From IMG/VR virus record IMGVR_UViG_3300034062_006192: a DNA stretch of 64,000 nt. The stretch is one strand, 5' to 3'. How positions within the stretch are numbered: the first letter of the stretch is position 1; each line of letters starts with the position of its first letter. A program made the translations under genes and the position numbers. A model generated the notes under the pieces. That model was not told the origin of the DNA. It worked only from the letters and a program-made list of their open reading frames with translations, and did not search any database. The stretch comes from an uncultured virus (IMG/VR IMGVR_UViG_3300034062_006192). Its lineage: Duplodnaviria > Heunggongvirae > Uroviricota > Caudoviricetes. Positions 61,879 through 64,000 of this stretch are shown here, in pieces.

Positions 61879-62327
61879 CGATCAGGGATCTCCTTCCACG
61901 GCCGGGGCGGCGTCAAGCGGCTGCGCAGGTGGTCCCTTGCGGCATCACTCGCGGATGAGGCTGCAAAGGCGTTCTGGGCCTTCATTTCTTTGGCTGGGAT
62001 CATTCCGGCGGCTTCGGCGGCAGCCTGCAGCCGCTCCGGGCTGATGGCCTCGATCTGCTGCTGCAGAGCCAGGGCAGGCTTCACCGCCGCCTCCAGAGGC
62101 TCGATCTGCTGCTGCAACTGGAGGACCGGCCCCAGCGTCACCTTCAGGTCTGCGATGCGCTTGGTGGCCGCTGCATGCAGCCGCTCCTCCAGCCCCTCAA
62201 AGGCCGTGTCGATCCGGTCTTCCGCCCGATCCAGCGCGGCATCGATCGCACCATCCAGCTGGGCGCGGACCTTGAGCGCCAGCTTCGTGGCGAGGTGATC
62301 CAGCAGGCCCTCGATCCAGTTCATCAC
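61875..62327 (-). CDS. hypothetical helical protein
   Basis: Coupled at both ends; internal LQQQIE repeat. Confidence 0.7.
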   Translation of the reverse strand: MMNWIEGLLDHLATKLALKVRAQLDGAIDAALDRAEDRIDTAFEGLEERLHAAATKRIADLKVTLGPVLQLQQQIEPLEAAVKPALALQQQIEAISPERLQAAAEAAGMIPAKEMKAQNAFAASSASDAARDHLRSRLTPPRPWKEIPDR

Positions 62328-62608
62328 GATGCCCCCAGGCGGGCTTTCATGCGCTCGATCCGGGCCTGGAGAGTGCTGTCCTCCCGGCCGCCGCCGGCCT
62401 GGCCCTTGGGCTTGTAGGTCACCATTCCGCCCTTGGTGAACTTGAAGGTGAAGCGCGTCTGGTTCGATATGAACTCGCCTTGGGGCTCACCGCCGGCATC
62501 GGAAATCGCCACGATCCGCACCGGGCGGATCTGTTCACTCAGCAGCTCAGTGGCCAGCCGCACCATTTCAGTTCGTCGATCCACAGGGCCTGCAGCGTTC
62601 TGAGTCAA
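62324..62608 (-). CDS. hypothetical protein
   Basis: Coupled to the downstream gene; resembles the N-terminal domain of 59440..61878. Confidence 0.65.
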   Translation of the reverse strand: MTQNAAGPVDRRTEMVRLATELLSEQIRPVRIVAISDAGGEPQGEFISNQTRFTFKFTKGGMVTYKPKGQAGGGREDSTLQARIERMKARLGAS

Positions 62609-62659
62609 GTATGGGCATGGTGATAGGGAGGCCCGGCCGCCGGGGTCACACCGTTGGGG

Positions 62660-63523
62660 TCACACCGTTGGTGCGTCGGATTTGTAGGGATGCCCTGCGG
62701 GGAGGAGGTTTTGTAGGTTCCATCCGGCGACCGGGCCGGCGACGTAGCCCTCTGCCTGCAGGATGGTGTCCTGGGTAGTGCCAGGCGACAGGATGCCAAG
62801 CATAAATACCTTGCCAACAAGCGGGAATGCATTGCCGCCGGTCGCCCCGACTTGCAATAAGTGGGTAGCATTTGCCGTAGAGGCAAGGTTTGTGAATGTA
62901 TTGTTTTTAATTTCTATGCCGTTGACGCGGAGTATTGACCTATTTGCTGGAAGCGCTGCGGCTGGGTTAAATGTATGCGCAACTATTACAGGTGTATTCG
63001 CTGAGTGCGCACCGTTCCCTGATATGTTTTGCGCTGTAGGCTGGGCAGGGACACCGCGAACGATTTGGGCAGTGAATGTATTGTTTCTGGAGACATTAAA
63101 CCTGTCGTCATAAAACATGCCAAAACCGTGACTTGTGGTGAGTATGCCACTGTTTCCGCATAAGCCATAGATTGCGTTAGGGTCGCTGCTGGTTCCAGCT
63201 TCCCACACGGCGATAACCGTTGCACCGGCCCCGGCGGCTATGTGAAGAAAATTGAATACTGATGCTAAGCCTGCAAAGGTAAGCCATTCTGAGCCGCTAA
63301 AAGTAAGGCTGGCCTTGCCATTTAGCGCGTTCGCCGTAATAGTGGGCCGACTTCCGGCGGCGCCGTTAAATACCAGGCCGTTTCCCTTGGCGTCCTGTAT
63401 CTGACTTACCGCTCCCGATGTAGTTGTGACAGTGCCTGCCTCGTTCGGCAGCAGCAGCAGCTCAGTGGAGGTGTTCGCGAGGGTCCATAGAGTTGGCGCC
63501 CGCCGCCTAGAAGAGTGAATCAC
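62660..63523 (-). CDS. LamG/concanavalin-like virion accessory protein
   Basis: LWT.AN..VSQIQDAKGNG..ALNGKASLTF..LPAGHPYKSDAP pattern; start uncertain. Confidence 0.65.
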   Translation of the reverse strand: MIHSSRRRAPTLWTLANTSTELLLLPNEAGTVTTTSGAVSQIQDAKGNGLVFNGAAGSRPTITANALNGKASLTFSGSEWLTFAGLASVFNFLHIAAGAGATVIAVWEAGTSSDPNAIYGLCGNSGILTTSHGFGMFYDDRFNVSRNNTFTAQIVRGVPAQPTAQNISGNGAHSANTPVIVAHTFNPAAALPANRSILRVNGIEIKNNTFTNLASTANATHLLQVGATGGNAFPLVGKVFMLGILSPGTTQDTILQAEGYVAGPVAGWNLQNLLPAGHPYKSDAPTV

Positions 63524-63590
63524 TTTTTGCACCCTCCCATCTGGCGGGCCAGCCGCAGAGGAAATCCATGGCGGCGGAAGGCGCAGTTCA

Positions 63591-64000
63591 TTACTCCTCA
63601 ATTCCATTGACCCAGCCCGTAGCACCTTCGCTGTCGTCCTGCATTTTGCTAAACGGCCAATCGTCAATATTGCCGGTTTCCCCAGCCTCTTCAATCGCAG
63701 CGTAGATTACAGCTAGTCTTTTATCGTTATGAAACGAAGCAGCCAAAAGTTTTTCGTGGCGTTCCACAAGAACTGTAAATTCAGGTAAATTGTTTTGTGC
63801 CGCTATCTGTTTTTCAGCCCAAGCCAATTTTTCATTATACCCAAGCTCTTGCGGCCAAAGCGCACGGTTACTAGATTCCCAGTACCCCCTAGCCAAAGTT
63901 TTCAGCTCGGCTTTACTGCGCCGCTTGAGCAAGCGGGTCTCCTCGTATGTCCCCTGAGGGTGGCCGGTTGGTGGCTTGGGTACGGCTGGCTTTAGAAAAC
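63591..64000 (-). CDS. hypothetical protein, 5'-truncated by the window edge
   Basis: Frame stays open from 63591 to the end of the window. Confidence 0.6.
   Translation of the reverse strand, partial: FLKPAVPKPPTGHPQGTYEETRLLKRRSKAELKTLARGYWESSNRALWPQELGYNEKLAWAEKQIAAQNNLPEFTVLVERHEKLLAASFHNDKRLAVIYAAIEEAGETGNIDDWPFSKMQDDSEGATGWVNGIEE

Larger units (their letters stand above)
1..64000. mobile_element. Tailed dsDNA (pro)phage, siphovirus-like, near-complete and apparently circularly permuted
   Basis: Terminase, portal, gpF, DUF2213, capsid, neck, tail tube, tape measure, tail tip, lysins and a replication module are all present. No host housekeeping genes and no sheath gene seen. Confidence 0.95.

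Noticed and set aside
1..64000. tRNA, rRNA, reverse transcriptase, transposase, protelomerase or photosynthesis AMGs
   Set aside because: None recognised by eye; tRNAscan/Infernal/HMM searches would be needed to exclude divergent copies

Overview
The window is essentially all phage: a GC-rich tailed phage, siphovirus-like and probably temperate. The host is most likely a picocyanobacterium (Cyanobium/Synechococcus type), inferred from a cyanobacterial-type LexA box, an RpoD-like sigma factor and the style of the gene content. It looks like a near-complete, circularly permuted genome. The minus strand runs terminase -> portal -> LPD cargo protein -> gpF off the left edge, and head -> neck -> tail -> lysis genes resume from the right edge. 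The centre holds replication, recombination and regulatory genes: an HTH initiator with internal iterons, ERF, YfdQ, a minimal PolX, a sigma factor, a LexA DNA-binding domain and a KilA-N antirepressor. I found no intact integrase, tRNA, rRNA or CRISPR array. The most notable structures are: (1) a putative head-cargo polyprotein system, in which an R-x-D motif recurs at domain boundaries of head-module proteins and a ~100-aa Cys4 module occurs three times in front of different cargo domains; (2) two paralogous promoter-cargo-zinc-finger cassettes whose genes are chained by ATGCCTGA junctions, one carrying an in-frame ~50-aa piece of a portal gene; (3) an SOS box in the antirepressor promoter together with a peptidase-less phage LexA; (4) a lambda-type GGGAAAG -1 frameshift in the tail chaperone. 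All family assignments come from motif recognition by eye, not from database searches.
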